A stretch of DNA of 64,000 bases, taken from assembly GCA_045580165.1 (NCBI GenBank), contig JAZNNG010000059.1, positions 6,941 to 70,940 of the forward strand, written 5' to 3'. Source of the stretch: Eubacteriales bacterium (lineage in GTDB: Bacteria > Bacillota > Clostridia > Oscillospirales > CAG-272). The notes below the pieces were generated by a model, which was given only the letters and a program-made list of their open reading frames with translations, did no database searches and was not told where the DNA came from. Shown piece after piece: positions 45,613 to 56,165 of this stretch. Each line of letters starts with the position of its first letter. Position 1 is the first letter of the stretch. Position numbers and translations under genes: made by a program.

Positions 45613-46803
45613 TTACCTATTCATTGTAACGAGTCTTTTCGCACCCTCAAGGAGCTTTGCAAGGAAAATATCCGCTTCCTCTACCGTGTTTTCGGGACAG
45701 AGCGACACACGGATAGTCGAGTCCGCGTCCTTATCACTAAGACCGAAGCTAATAAGCGTTCCCGAGATGTGACCCGTATTCGACGAGCACGCCGAGCCGC
45801 TTGACACGTATATTCCCTCAGACGAGAGATAGTGAAGCATAGTTTCGCTTTTAATATTCGGGAGCTTTATGCTCACGATGTGCGGCGCACGCTTTGCTTC
45901 TGGAAGATTAAGCGAAAAGCCGCTATACTCCGGAGCCTTGCCGATAACGTCGCAGATGCGGTCACGCACTGCGGTCATTTTAGCTATATCACCGTCGAGC
46001 GTTTTTGCCATTTCTGCCGCTGCGGCGCCAAATCCTGCGATGCCTACGGTATTTTCGGTGCCCGAACGGAAGCCCTTTTCCTGTCCTCCGCCGAACACGG
46101 TCGGGGATAGCTTTCTCGCCTTGAAGACCGCAGGGTCGACGTACAGAGCGCCCACTCCCTTGGGTCCGTGTATCTTATGTGCCGACAGGGTTATCATATC
46201 CGCGCCGAGTGTGGAAGGAGTGAATTTTAATTTCATAAATCCCTGCACCGCATCGGTATGCACGAGGGCCTCACGATTCTTTGATCTTACTATTTCCGAC
46301 ACCCGTTTTATATCGTTGACCGCGCCCGTTTCGTTATTGACGAGCATCACGCTGACTATAACGGTATTCGCGTCGGTCTCGCGCTCGAGGGTGTCATAGT
46401 CAAGCACGCCGCCGACGGTTTTGAGCCTTACCACCTTGTATCCCTGCTCCTCGAGTCTTTTTGCGGCTTCGAGGACGGCGGGGTGCTCACTGTCGGACAC
46501 TATTATTTTTTTGCCGGGTGTAAACTTTTTTGCGTAGCACGCGCCAAGCAGTGCGAGGTTATCCGCCTCGGTTCCCGACGCGGTAAATATGAGTCTGTTG
46601 TCGCCGAGCGACGAGACTCCGCGCACGCCGAGCGACGTGAGTATCTCGCTTCTCGCGCGTGTCACAAGCTTTTCCGCCTCCACTCCGAGAAGATGCTTTG
46701 ACGAAGGGTTTCCCCATGACGTGTCCATTGCCTCAAGCATTCTTTCTCTGGCGGTGGGGGAAAGCGCAGTGGTCGCGCTGTTATCAAAATAGATCTTACT
46801 CAT
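45613..46803 (-). CDS. nifS: cysteine desulfurase (NifS/IscS-type, class V aminotransferase)
   Basis: IYFDNSATT motif, SAHKIHGPKGVGALYV (PLP lysine), and SSGSACSS (catalytic Cys). Confidence 0.92.
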   Translation of the reverse strand: MSKIYFDNSATTALSPTARERMLEAMDTSWGNPSSKHLLGVEAEKLVTRARSEILTSLGVRGVSSLGDNRLIFTASGTEADNLALLGACYAKKFTPGKKIIVSDSEHPAVLEAAKRLEEQGYKVVRLKTVGGVLDYDTLERETDANTVIVSVMLVNNETGAVNDIKRVSEIVRSKNREALVHTDAVQGFMKLKFTPSTLGADMITLSAHKIHGPKGVGALYVDPAVFKARKLSPTVFGGGQEKGFRSGTENTVGIAGFGAAAAEMAKTLDGDIAKMTAVRDRICDVIGKAPEYSGFSLNLPEAKRAPHIVSIKLPNIKSETMLHYLSSEGIYVSSGSACSSNTGHISGTLISFGLSDKDADSTIRVSLCPENTVEEADIFLAKLLEGAKRLVTMNR

Positions 46804-47357
46804 TTCTCAAGAGTCATTCCGTCTGCCATATAGATGACGTCCTCAATATGCTCGTCGTATCTGTCGGCGCGAGCCGTATACGTAAACACGTATACCTCGG
46901 GCTGTGACGTAAATATCGCGGTATTCTGTACGTAGCACACTATCTGCATAAACTTGTATTCAACGCCGCCGATGCTTACCGTATAGATGTACTTTTTTGC
47001 AGGAAGTCCGCAAAGAGTTGTATCCGTGCCCTCTTCCTCGTAATTAAGCTCGCCGAGACCTGCCGTGAAGTCCTCGGAATACTTGCTCCAATACTCCTCT
47101 GCCGAATTCACGTCTGCCGAGTCAAAGCCCATCACCGACACGTTCGAGGTATCAAATTCGCTTACCTTTGCCGAGGTGATACCGCCCTGCTCCATCACTG
47201 TCCAGTCTCTTACCATATAGAAGTTATACCCTACTCCGTCTGCCGATATCTCAACGCAGCCCTCGGGCGCGTTTTCGTCTATCTCGCCGCACGAGGCGAG
47301 AGCCAGCACGGCAAATGCCGCGAGCACAAGCACAAAAAGTCTTAAAGTCCTATTCAT
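46800..47357 (-). CDS. lipoprotein of unknown function
   Basis: MNRTLRLFVLVLAAFAVLALASCGE carries a lipobox. The stop overlaps the nifS start. Confidence 0.7.
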   Translation of the reverse strand: MNRTLRLFVLVLAAFAVLALASCGEIDENAPEGCVEISADGVGYNFYMVRDWTVMEQGGITSAKVSEFDTSNVSVMGFDSADVNSAEEYWSKYSEDFTAGLGELNYEEEGTDTTLCGLPAKKYIYTVSIGGVEYKFMQIVCYVQNTAIFTSQPEVYVFTYTARADRYDEHIEDVIYMADGMTLEK

Positions 47358-47473
47358 TAAAAGCTCCTCCTGCGGCACACGCCGCACACAAATCGTACTG
47401 TTTGTATTATACTTGAAACTCGCGGCGATGTCAACTTGCTAATTGTAAATAAATATATTATATACTAAAATAA

Positions 47474-47502
47474 TTGACATAGCGCGTGTTTTGTGCTATA
47501 AT
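47474..47502 (+). promoter_or_regulatory. sigma-A promoter with extended -10
   Basis: TTGACA, 17-nt spacer, TATAAT preceded by TGTGC. Confidence 0.65.
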
Positions 47503-47542
47503 GTATATCTGTAAAACTATGTCTTATTACACGGAGGTCTGT

Positions 47543-48430
47543 ATGGTTCGCAGTATGACGGCGTTTTCAAGATGCTTTGAAAGCACCGCTTCCAAAAACA
47601 TCACGGTCGAATTAAAGTCGGTAAACAACCGCTATCTCGACTGCTCGGTCAAGGTTTCGAGAGCCTTTTCGTTCCTTGAGGACAAGATAAGAAAGTACGT
47701 AAGCGAGTGCGGTATCAGCCGCGGCAAGCTCGATATCTACGTTGGTGTTGAGGTTACCGAGGACTCGGGCGCTCTCGTCGACATTGACACGCCGTTTGCC
47801 GAAAGCTACGTAAACGCGCTCAAGAAGCTGCGCGACACCTTCGGTCTTGCTGACGATATTTCGGTTATGACAGTGGCTCAGAACCGCGAGATATTCACGG
47901 TCACGAGAAAAGAAGAGGACGTCGAGGCGGCTTGGCAGGAGCTTTTACCGATACTTGACAAGGCGGTTGCCGAGTTTATCGCGATGCGCGAGTCGGAGGG
48001 CGAAAAGCTCAAGGCTGACATTCTCGGAAAGCTTGCGGGAATAGAAAAGATAAAGGCGAAGATCGCCGAGTATTCGGAGACCGACATCAAGACCTACCGT
48101 GAGCGCTTTGAGGCAAAGCTCAAGCAGGCTCTTGCAGACTCGAAGATAGACTTAAACGAAAGCCTCGTGCTTACCGAGTGTGCGATATACGCCGACAGAG
48201 TTGCAATTGACGAGGAAATGGTAAGACTCGACTGTCACTTCGCGGCGTTCAAGGAGATACTTAATGAAAACGTACCCGTCGGCAGAAAGCTTGACTTCTT
48301 GCTTCAGGAGATAAACCGAGAGATAAACACCACGGGCTCCAAGTGCAACAATGCGGAGATCGCTTCTCTCGTTGTCGAGGTCAAGAGCGAGCTTGAAAAG
48401 ATACGCGAGCAGATACAGAACATAGAGTAA
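47543..48430 (+). CDS. yicC: YicC/YloC-family stress-induced protein
   Basis: [10 protein letters not shown] start, YicC N-terminal and DUF1732 C-terminal pattern ([21 protein letters not shown]). GGAGG SD. Confidence 0.9.
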   Translation: MVRSMTAFSRCFESTASKNITVELKSVNNRYLDCSVKVSRAFSFLEDKIRKYVSECGISRGKLDIYVGVEVTEDSGALVDIDTPFAESYVNALKKLRDTFGLADDISVMTVAQNREIFTVTRKEEDVEAAWQELLPILDKAVAEFIAMRESEGEKLKADILGKLAGIEKIKAKIAEYSETDIKTYRERFEAKLKQALADSKIDLNESLVLTECAIYADRVAIDEEMVRLDCHFAAFKEILNENVPVGRKLDFLLQEINREINTTGSKCNNAEIASLVVEVKSELEKIREQIQNIE

Positions 48431-48449
48431 TTCCGGGGGTGAGAGTTTT

Positions 48450-48722
48450 ATGAAATTTGTAAACGCAGGCTTCGGCAATATGATAGCCGTTGAAAGAATA
48501 GTAGCGCTTGCTTCTCCCGACTCCGCGCCCATCAAGCGTATAGTTCAGGACGCGAAGGACGACGGACGCGCGATAGACATAAGCTGCGGCAGACGGACGC
48601 GCTCGGTCATAATCACCGACAGCGACCACGTTATTTTGTCCGCGGTACAGCCCGAGACTCTTTCGGGAAGGCTTAACGGAAAGCCCGACACGTACGGCGA
48701 CCCCGATGAGGAAAACGATTAA
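48450..48722 (+). CDS. remA: RemA/YlzA (DUF370) regulatory protein
   Basis: [65 protein letters not shown]. Confidence 0.9.
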   Translation: MKFVNAGFGNMIAVERIVALASPDSAPIKRIVQDAKDDGRAIDISCGRRTRSVIITDSDHVILSAVQPETLSGRLNGKPDTYGDPDEEND

Positions 48723-48825
48723 ATCGGGCTCTCGGGGCAAATAATCAAAGTGAATTTTATAGGGCGGCTGCCCTTAAAAGAAGATATTAATTTTTTATCG
48801 CCGGGGATCCGGCACGGAGGACATT

Positions 48826-49116
48826 ATGGTTTACCCATCTATTGACGAATTGACACAGGACAAGTTTAACAGATACACTCTCGTGGTTGCAACGGCAAAG
48901 TGCGCGAGAATGGTAACCGACGAATACGTGCGTCAGCGCGAGGTTGCCGAAAAGCTTCTCTCCTCCAACAAGGAGAGCGAAAAGAGCCTTGCGGCTATGA
49001 TAAAGCGCGAGCTTCGCGACGATAAGGCGGTCAAGACCGCTATTGACCGCATCAAGTCGGGCGAATTCAAGGTAGACGAGACCAGCGTGGTTTTTGACGA
49101 ATCCACTCTTGACTGA
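48826..49116 (+). CDS. rpoZ: DNA-directed RNA polymerase subunit omega
   Basis: PSIDELTQDKFNRYTLVVATAKCARMV is an RpoZ signature. Synteny after remA supports the call. Confidence 0.85.
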   Translation: MVYPSIDELTQDKFNRYTLVVATAKCARMVTDEYVRQREVAEKLLSSNKESEKSLAAMIKRELRDDKAVKTAIDRIKSGEFKVDETSVVFDESTLD

Positions 49117-49185
49117 CACGAAAACGGGCTCGTCCCGTTTTTCTGCATATTTTGCGCCGACTTATCGGCAATAACGGAGTAATTT

Positions 49186-51471
49186 ATGAAAGTGACCGAC
49201 GAGGCGGTTTACGCCGGTGTATACGTTCTCGATCTGCCTCTGACGGCAGATAAAATATACGACTACGCCTTACCGCACGAGCTGCGGGAAAGCGTAAGAC
49301 CCGGCTCTGTCGTCAAGGTCCCTTTCTCAAAAGGAAACAGAAGTCGGCTCGCCGTTGTGGTACGGCTTGGCTCACATTGTGAATATAAAAACGTCAAGCC
49401 CGTGCTTGCGGTCGCAACCGACCGCATTTCTCTGAACGAGGAAATGCTCGGGCTATGCGCTTTTTTGAAGGAGCGCACCTTCTGCACCTTTACGGACGCA
49501 GTAAGATGCGTTGTCGGTCCCATTGACAAGATCGCCGCGGGAAAGCTTTCGGCGGTGCGCGAGTACTCGTACTTTATCACGGACGCGGGCAGGTCTGCCA
49601 CGGTCAGAGGAAGTCTGAGACAAAAAATAGTCGCGGCTCTCGCAGAGCGCTCTCCTCTGTATGAAAGAGAGCTTCGCGAAAAGCACGGTGCAAACGGCAC
49701 GGTCTTAAAGAAGCTCACCGAGGACGGACTTATCACAAGGCTCGAAAACGAGCGCTTCAGGAACTCGTACGACCGAAAATTCGGCACACCTGAGCCAAAC
49801 GTTTTAAGCGGCAGTCAACGGGCGGCATTCGAGGACGTAGCCTCTTTATTAAGACAAGACAAGGCAAGCGCCGCGCTTCTGTACGGAGTTACGGGAAGCG
49901 GAAAGACCAGAGTCATAAAGGCGCTTATCGACGAGGCCGTAAAGCTCGGACGCTCGGTCATAGTGCTCGTGCCCGAGATCTCACTTACTCCGCAGACGGT
50001 AGACCTGTTCTGCTCCTACTTTGGCAACAGAGTCGCCGTTCTTCACTCCTCCCTCTCCCCTGCCGAGCGCTTTGACGCAAGGCGCAGGATAGAAGCAGGC
50101 GAGGTCGACGTGGTTATCGGAACGAGAAGCGCGATATTCGCGCCGCTTAAGAATCTCGGTCTGATAGTTCTCGACGAGGAGCAGGAGCATACCTACAAAT
50201 CGGATATGTCTCCAAAATATCACACCAAGGATATAGCAAGATTCCGCGCGGCTCATCACAAGGCGCTTATGCTTCTGTCCTCTGCCACTCCATCGTTTGA
50301 AAGCTTCCGCAAGGCAGACGTCGGAAAATACAAAATGGTGAAGCTCACCGAGCGTTACGGCAAGGCTACTCTGCCCGAGGTAATATTCGCAGACAGGCGG
50401 CTCGACTCCGCTGAGGGCAACACCTCGGTTATCGGAGGCGTGCTTGAGGGTGAGATACAGAAGACCCTCGACGCAGGTGAGCAGGCGATCATTTTCGTAA
50501 ACAGACGAGGATACAACAACTTCGTTTCCTGCGTAATGTGCGGCGAGGTCATAACCTGCCCCAACTGCAGCGTTTCACTCACGCTGCACAAGCGCAAAAA
50601 CAGTTCGGGCGGCACTCTTATGTGCCACTACTGCTCACACAGGATACCCCTTCCCGACAAATGCCCCGTATGTCAGAGCAAGCACCTTAATTACAAGGGC
50701 TACGGCACTCAGCTTGCCGAAAAGGAGCTTTCGGAAAGGTTCCCGAAGGCGAGAATACTCCGAATGGACGCGGACACGGTCTCGGGTAAGACCGACACCG
50801 CCTCGGGAGAGGTGACCTTCAGGCACGAGCAGATACTCTCGGATTTCCGTGAGCACAAATACGACATTCTTATAGGAACCCAGATGGTCGCAAAGGGACA
50901 CGATTTCCCGAACGTGACCCTCGTCGGTGTCGCAGACGCCGACGGCGCTCTTTACCTCGACGATTACAGAGCGACCGAGCGCGCCTTCTCACTTCTGACT
51001 CAGGTCATCGGCAGAGCAGGCAGGGGGGATAAGCCCGGACGTGCGGTCATACAGACCTATAATCCCGACAACGAGACCCTCGCGTATTCGGCAAAGCAGG
51101 ACTACGAGGCGTTTTATAATAGCGCGATAAAGCTTCGCGAAAGGCTTGTTTTCCCACCGTTCTGCGACTTTGCCCTCGTTACTCTTTCGAGCGAGAGAGA
51201 AAACGAGCTTTTCAAGGCGGTCAACGAGTTTGACCTCCGTTTGCGAGAGCTTATCGGGCGCGGCGGCGAATACTCCGATATTGCCGCAACCGCATTCAGA
51301 CCTATTGAGGCGCCCGTTTACAAGGTAAACAACGTCTACCGTATGCGCGTGGTCATAAAATGCAGCTTCGGTAAACGCTTCCGTGAGATGATGTCGTCGC
51401 TGATATGCGAGTTTTCGCAAAAGTACACAGACGTGTTGTTCTCACCCGACATAAATCCAACGAATATTTAG
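49186..51471 (+). CDS. priA: primosomal protein N' (replication restart helicase)
   Basis: [17 protein letters not shown], and a Cys-rich zinc-binding insert (CPNC...CHYC...CPVC). Confidence 0.93.
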   Translation: MKVTDEAVYAGVYVLDLPLTADKIYDYALPHELRESVRPGSVVKVPFSKGNRSRLAVVVRLGSHCEYKNVKPVLAVATDRISLNEEMLGLCAFLKERTFCTFTDAVRCVVGPIDKIAAGKLSAVREYSYFITDAGRSATVRGSLRQKIVAALAERSPLYERELREKHGANGTVLKKLTEDGLITRLENERFRNSYDRKFGTPEPNVLSGSQRAAFEDVASLLRQDKASAALLYGVTGSGKTRVIKALIDEAVKLGRSVIVLVPEISLTPQTVDLFCSYFGNRVAVLHSSLSPAERFDARRRIEAGEVDVVIGTRSAIFAPLKNLGLIVLDEEQEHTYKSDMSPKYHTKDIARFRAAHHKALMLLSSATPSFESFRKADVGKYKMVKLTERYGKATLPEVIFADRRLDSAEGNTSVIGGVLEGEIQKTLDAGEQAIIFVNRRGYNNFVSCVMCGEVITCPNCSVSLTLHKRKNSSGGTLMCHYCSHRIPLPDKCPVCQSKHLNYKGYGTQLAEKELSERFPKARILRMDADTVSGKTDTASGEVTFRHEQILSDFREHKYDILIGTQMVAKGHDFPNVTLVGVADADGALYLDDYRATERAFSLLTQVIGRAGRGDKPGRAVIQTYNPDNETLAYSAKQDYEAFYNSAIKLRERLVFPPFCDFALVTLSSERENELFKAVNEFDLRLRELIGRGGEYSDIAATAFRPIEAPVYKVNNVYRMRVVIKCSFGKRFREMMSSLICEFSQKYTDVLFSPDINPTNI

Positions 51472-51487
51472 AAAGTCAGGTTAAAAT

Positions 51488-51955
51488 ATGGCTATACTCA
51501 ACATACTAACAGAAGAAGACCCTACTCTGCGCCGCACGAGCCGCAAGGTAGACGAGATAACCCCCAGAATAATCACTCTGCTTGACGATATGAAGGACAC
51601 GCTTCACAAGGCAAACGGCTGCGGTCTCGCAGCGCCTCAGGTAGGCGTTCTCAGGCGCGTGGTTCTGGTCGAGGTCGAGGAGGGAAAGCTTATCGAGCTT
51701 ATAAACCCCGAGATAATCAAGGCAAGCGGTAAGCAGAACGAGATCGAGGGTTGTCTGTCGCTCCCTCACAAGTGGGGCGTCACAGACCGTCCGATGAAGG
51801 TCACGGTAAAGGCACTTGACAGAAACGGCAAGCCGTTTACGGTTACGGGAGAGGGGCTTTTAGCCCGTGCGTTCTGTCACGAAATAGACCATCTCGACGG
51901 CAAGCTCTTTACGGACAACGTAATTGAAATGGTCGACGAGAGCGAGCTTCAGTAA
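51488..51955 (+). CDS. def: peptide deformylase
   Basis: GCGLAAPQVG, EGCLS, and HEIDHLDG motifs. Confidence 0.95.
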   Translation: MAILNILTEEDPTLRRTSRKVDEITPRIITLLDDMKDTLHKANGCGLAAPQVGVLRRVVLVEVEEGKLIELINPEIIKASGKQNEIEGCLSLPHKWGVTDRPMKVTVKALDRNGKPFTVTGEGLLARAFCHEIDHLDGKLFTDNVIEMVDESELQ

Positions 51956-51974
51956 GCATTTAAGGAAAAACAAT

Positions 51975-52925
51975 ATGAGAATACTTTTTATGGGCACTCC
52001 CGAGTTTGCCGCAGAGGTGCTTGACGAAATAAACAACGGCAAAAATGAAATTATCGGCGTTCTCACTCAGCCCGACAAGCCGAGAGGCCGCGGCTACGAG
52101 CTTTCACAGTCTGCGGTAAAAAGGTACGCGCTTGAAAAGGACATCGACGTGTATCAGCCCGAAGCTCTTAAGGACAGAGCGTTTGAGGATGAGCTCAATC
52201 GTCTCGACCCCGAGCTTATCGTGGTTGCCGCTTACGGAAAAATACTCCCCTCGTACGTCCTTGACTACCCGAAGCACGGTTGTATAAACGTACACGGCTC
52301 CATTCTCCCGAAGTACAGAGGTGCCGCACCCATTCAGCGCGCTATCATCGACGGCGAAATGCTCACGGGTATCACCATTATGAAAATGGAGGCGGGACTT
52401 GATACGGGCGATATGATGCTCAAGGAGACCTGCACCATTGAGGAAAACGATAATTTCGAAACGGTTTACGACAAGCTCGTCGTATGCTCAAGACGCGGTA
52501 TCACTCGCGCCATAGAGCTTATCGAAAAGGGCGAGGCGGTATACGAAAAGCAGGACGATGCCCTTGCCACCTACGCGGAGAAGATAAACAAGGAGGACTG
52601 CCTCATTGACTTCAATGCTTCGGCAAAAGAGGTCCACGACCGCGTACGCGGTCTTTCCCCCTTTCCTCTCGCGTTCACGTATCTCGACTCAAGGCTTCTT
52701 AAAATCACCGCGTCGGTGATAGTCAAGCGCGACGGAGAAAATCCCGATGAGCTTGTCGGCAGAGTCGTTGACACGGATATCAAAAATTCACTTATCACGG
52801 TTGCCTGCAAAACGGGGCTTGTCGGCTTTACCGCCGTTCTGCCCGAGGGAAAGAAGCGTATGAGCGCAGGCGAGTTCCTTCGCGGAAAGGCTATACCAAA
52901 GGACACCCTGCTCGGCACCGTGTAA
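51975..52925 (+). CDS. fmt: methionyl-tRNA formyltransferase
   Basis: MRILFMGTPEFA start, INVHGSILPKYRGAAPIQ motif. ATG 51975 is preferred over the ORF-track start inside def. Confidence 0.93.
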   Translation: MRILFMGTPEFAAEVLDEINNGKNEIIGVLTQPDKPRGRGYELSQSAVKRYALEKDIDVYQPEALKDRAFEDELNRLDPELIVVAAYGKILPSYVLDYPKHGCINVHGSILPKYRGAAPIQRAIIDGEMLTGITIMKMEAGLDTGDMMLKETCTIEENDNFETVYDKLVVCSRRGITRAIELIEKGEAVYEKQDDALATYAEKINKEDCLIDFNASAKEVHDRVRGLSPFPLAFTYLDSRLLKITASVIVKRDGENPDELVGRVVDTDIKNSLITVACKTGLVGFTAVLPEGKKRMSAGEFLRGKAIPKDTLLGTV

Positions 52926-52949
52926 CAAGCTTTCATATCGGAGGTTTTT

Positions 52950-53645
52950 ATGCCAATATACTACGGCTTCGATCTAACCTATCTCGTGCTCGTGCTGCCT
53001 GCAGTCATATTCGCACTCTGGGCGCAAAGCAACGTAAACGGCACGTTTAACAAATACAGTAAAGTTACCGTTCCCGGTATGACGGGCTACGACAGCGCGA
53101 GAGCTATTCTCGACGCAAACGGACTCGGGCACGTCAAAATAGAAAGGATCTCGGGAAATCTCACCGACCACTTCGACCCGAGAAGCAACGTTATCAGACT
53201 CTCGGATTCGGTCTACGGCGTAAGCTCTGCCGCAGCGGTGGGCGTTGCAGCGCACGAGGCGGGACACGCAGTGCAGTATGCGCTCAAATACGCGCCTATG
53301 AAATGGAGAGCCGCGATAATCCCGATAACCAACATCGGCTCAAATCTGGCGATGCCTCTCGTGCTTCTCGGAATTCTCTTTTCCTACCCAGCGCTCGCAT
53401 ACGTCGGCGTTGGAGCGTTCGGGCTTTCCACACTGTTCCAGCTCATAACCCTCCCCGTTGAGTTCAATGCAAGCGGACGCGCTATGGAAGCGCTTAAGTC
53501 AAGCGGCAGACTCAACTCAGAGGAAATATCCGCATCGGGCAAGGTGCTTCGTGCGGCGGCGCTCACATACGTTGCGGCGCTTGCCGTGTCGCTTGCAAAC
53601 CTGCTCAGACTCATTTCGGTCGTTAACCGTTCAAGAAGACGCTAA
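52950..53645 (+). CDS. YugP-type membrane zinc metallopeptidase
   Basis: MPIYYGFDLTYLVLVLPAVIF start, HEAGHAVQ motif, and C-terminal TM helices. Confidence 0.8.
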   Translation: MPIYYGFDLTYLVLVLPAVIFALWAQSNVNGTFNKYSKVTVPGMTGYDSARAILDANGLGHVKIERISGNLTDHFDPRSNVIRLSDSVYGVSSAAAVGVAAHEAGHAVQYALKYAPMKWRAAIIPITNIGSNLAMPLVLLGILFSYPALAYVGVGAFGLSTLFQLITLPVEFNASGRAMEALKSSGRLNSEEISASGKVLRAAALTYVAALAVSLANLLRLISVVNRSRRR

Positions 53646-53662
53646 ATTTTGGAGGTATCGGC

Positions 53663-55051
53663 TTGTTTGGCGCAAGAGAAGCCGCCTTTCGATCACTCGA
53701 AAGGTGCGAAAGACAGAAAAAATATTCAAGCCTCGAAATAGATTCGGCGATAAAAAAGTTCTCTCTTGAGGGCGCGGAGAAGAATCTGTACGTTAGCCTG
53801 GTATACGGTGTAACCGAGAGACTTTTGACTCTCGACTTCATAATCGGCGCGCTTTCATCAAGAGGTATTGATAAAACCGATCCTGCGGTGCTTTTGCCTC
53901 TCAGGCTCGGGCTTTATCAGATAATATTTATGGATAAGATTCCGCCGAGCGCGGCAGTCGACACCAGCGTCGAGCTTACCAAGAAATTTTCAAACCGCGC
54001 GGCGGCAAACTACACAAACGCGATACTCAGAAGCTTTCTCCGAGCAGTCGGAGAGGCGCGCGGACTTGACGAGGTGCTAAAAGCCGAGCCGTTTGCAAAA
54101 AAGCTTAATACGCTCGGTGAATTTGAAAGAATATCGATCAGGTATTCCTATCCCACGTGGCTTTGCAGACACTTTGCGGAAAACTACGGCAAGGACGACG
54201 CGCGCCTTATACTCTCTGCCCTCAACGGCAAGGGCAGGCTTACTCTGCGCGTGAACACGCTTAAAATTTCACGCGACGAGCTTATAAAGAAGCTTGACTC
54301 ACGCGGTGTTGAAGCAAAGAAGACCGAGCTTTCGCCGTTTGGCGTCGATATTATCGGCTCAAGCGCGGCGGCGCTATCCGACCTCATTGACGCAGGTGAA
54401 ATATTCGTTCAGGACGAGGCGTCGCAAATAGCCGTGTGTGCGCTTGGTGCGATGCCCGACGACCTTATGCTCGACTCCTGCGCGTGCCCGGGGGGCAAAA
54501 GCTTTTCGTCGGCGATACTTATGGAAAACCGCGGAAAAATTGTTTCCTGCGACCTGCACAAGAGCAAGCTATCGCTTATAGAGCGCGGAGCCGCAAGGCT
54601 CGGTATCGACGTAATAGAAACCGCCGAGGCTGACTCCTCAAAGAAAAGCGAGTATATTCACAAGACTTTTCCGGGCGGCGCCGACAAAATACTTTGCGAC
54701 GTTCCCTGCTCGGGACTCGGTGTCATTGCGAAAAAGCCCGAGATACGTTACAAAAACGAGGAAGATATCAGACGTCTTCCCGATATACAGCTTAAAATAC
54801 TTAAAAACTGCGCCTCGTACTTAAAGCGCGGCGGAGTGTTAGTCTATTCCACCTGCACACTTAATCCCGATGAAAACGAGAATAACGTGCGTAATTTTTT
54901 AGAGGAGTTTTCCGAGTTTTCGCCCTGCGATTTTGAGCTTCGCTCAGAGTCGGGAGCTTCCCTTAAAAGCGCAGACGGAATGTTAACGCTTTTTCCGCAT
55001 ATAAATAAAACAGACGGATTTTTCATCGCAAAAATGGTAAAGTCCCGATAA
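53663..55051 (+). CDS. rsmB: 16S rRNA (cytosine967-C5)-methyltransferase
   Basis: NusB-like N-domain followed by the SAM methyltransferase motifs DSCACPGGKS, DVPCSGLG, and YSTCTL. TTG start after a GGAGG SD. Confidence 0.9.
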   Translation: MFGAREAAFRSLERCERQKKYSSLEIDSAIKKFSLEGAEKNLYVSLVYGVTERLLTLDFIIGALSSRGIDKTDPAVLLPLRLGLYQIIFMDKIPPSAAVDTSVELTKKFSNRAAANYTNAILRSFLRAVGEARGLDEVLKAEPFAKKLNTLGEFERISIRYSYPTWLCRHFAENYGKDDARLILSALNGKGRLTLRVNTLKISRDELIKKLDSRGVEAKKTELSPFGVDIIGSSAAALSDLIDAGEIFVQDEASQIAVCALGAMPDDLMLDSCACPGGKSFSSAILMENRGKIVSCDLHKSKLSLIERGAARLGIDVIETAEADSSKKSEYIHKTFPGGADKILCDVPCSGLGVIAKKPEIRYKNEEDIRRLPDIQLKILKNCASYLKRGGVLVYSTCTLNPDENENNVRNFLEEFSEFSPCDFELRSESGASLKSADGMLTLFPHINKTDGFFIAKMVKSR

Positions 55052-55073
55052 GGACGATCGAAAGGCATTTTCA

Positions 55074-56165
55074 ATGATTACAGATACTCTGAGACCCGAC
55101 CTTATGTCGATGGAGCTTGCAGAGCTAACCGAATATCTCTCGCGAGAATTCTCGCTTCCTCGCTTCAGAGCAAAGCAGGTCTTTGAGTGGCTGACTCGAG
55201 GTCGCGGCTTCGACGAGATGACGAATCTCCCGAAGGACCTGCGCGAAAGGCTCAAAAACGAGACCTTCTGCTCACTCGTCGAGATCGAAGAAAAGTACGT
55301 GTCGAAAATAGACGGTACTGTGAAATATCTTTTTAAGCTTCACGACGGAAGCTTTATCGAAAGCGTGGTAATGGGCTACAATCACGGCAACACCATCTGC
55401 ATCTCAAGCGAGGTGGGCTGTAATATGGGCTGCAAATTCTGCGCCTCCACCATCGGCGGTATGTCGAGAAGGCTCTTGCCGGGCGAAATGCTCGCCCAGG
55501 TGGCACGGGCAAATGCCGACGGCGCTGACATATCAAACATTGTTATGATGGGCATCGGTGAGCCGCTTGACAACTACGACAACGTGATGGCGTTTTTAAA
55601 GCTTGTCACAAGCCCCGACGGTCTTTGCATCGGTGCAAGGCACATATCAATATCCACCTGCGGTCTTGCGGATAAAATTCTAAAGCTTGCCGACGAGGAG
55701 CTCGGAATCACCCTCTCTATATCGCTTCACGCGTCCGACGACGAAACACGCTCGTCCATAATGCCGATAAACAAAAAATACAATATCGAAGCCCTGCTCA
55801 CTGCCTGCAAGGAATATTTCATAAAAACGGGCAGGCGCATCTCCTTTGAATACACCCTTATTGCAGGCAAAAACGACTCACTCGCGCAGGCGGACAAGCT
55901 CTGCGACCTGTTCTACAAATACTTCACGGTCGACTCGCGTCTACTGCCGCTTCACGTAAACCTCATACCCGTAAACGTGGTGGAGGAAACCGGCTTTTCG
56001 TCAAGCTCAAGGCTTGCGGTAAAGGCCTTTACAGACGCACTTTTAAAAAGAAAAATTAATGCTACCGTCAGACGCAAGCTGGGTCCCGATATTGACGCGT
56101 CCTGCGGTCAGCTCCGTAAGCGCCGCGAGGACAACGCGGCAAAATCTCCCGAAAGAAAGGAATGA
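55074..56165 (+). CDS. rlmN: 23S rRNA (adenine2503-C2)-methyltransferase, radical SAM
   Basis: CNMGCKFCAS cluster and a GMGEPL-type motif (MGIGEPLDN). Confidence 0.93.
   Translation: MITDTLRPDLMSMELAELTEYLSREFSLPRFRAKQVFEWLTRGRGFDEMTNLPKDLRERLKNETFCSLVEIEEKYVSKIDGTVKYLFKLHDGSFIESVVMGYNHGNTICISSEVGCNMGCKFCASTIGGMSRRLLPGEMLAQVARANADGADISNIVMMGIGEPLDNYDNVMAFLKLVTSPDGLCIGARHISISTCGLADKILKLADEELGITLSISLHASDDETRSSIMPINKKYNIEALLTACKEYFIKTGRRISFEYTLIAGKNDSLAQADKLCDLFYKYFTVDSRLLPLHVNLIPVNVVEETGFSSSSRLAVKAFTDALLKRKINATVRRKLGPDIDASCGQLRKRREDNAAKSPERKE

Noticed and set aside
48722-49186. Absence of gmk and coaBC between remA, rpoZ and priA as an anomaly
   Set aside because: The gene order of this conserved block varies among Clostridia. 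The short intergenic gaps show no pseudogene remnants, so this is probably just lineage-specific organisation.
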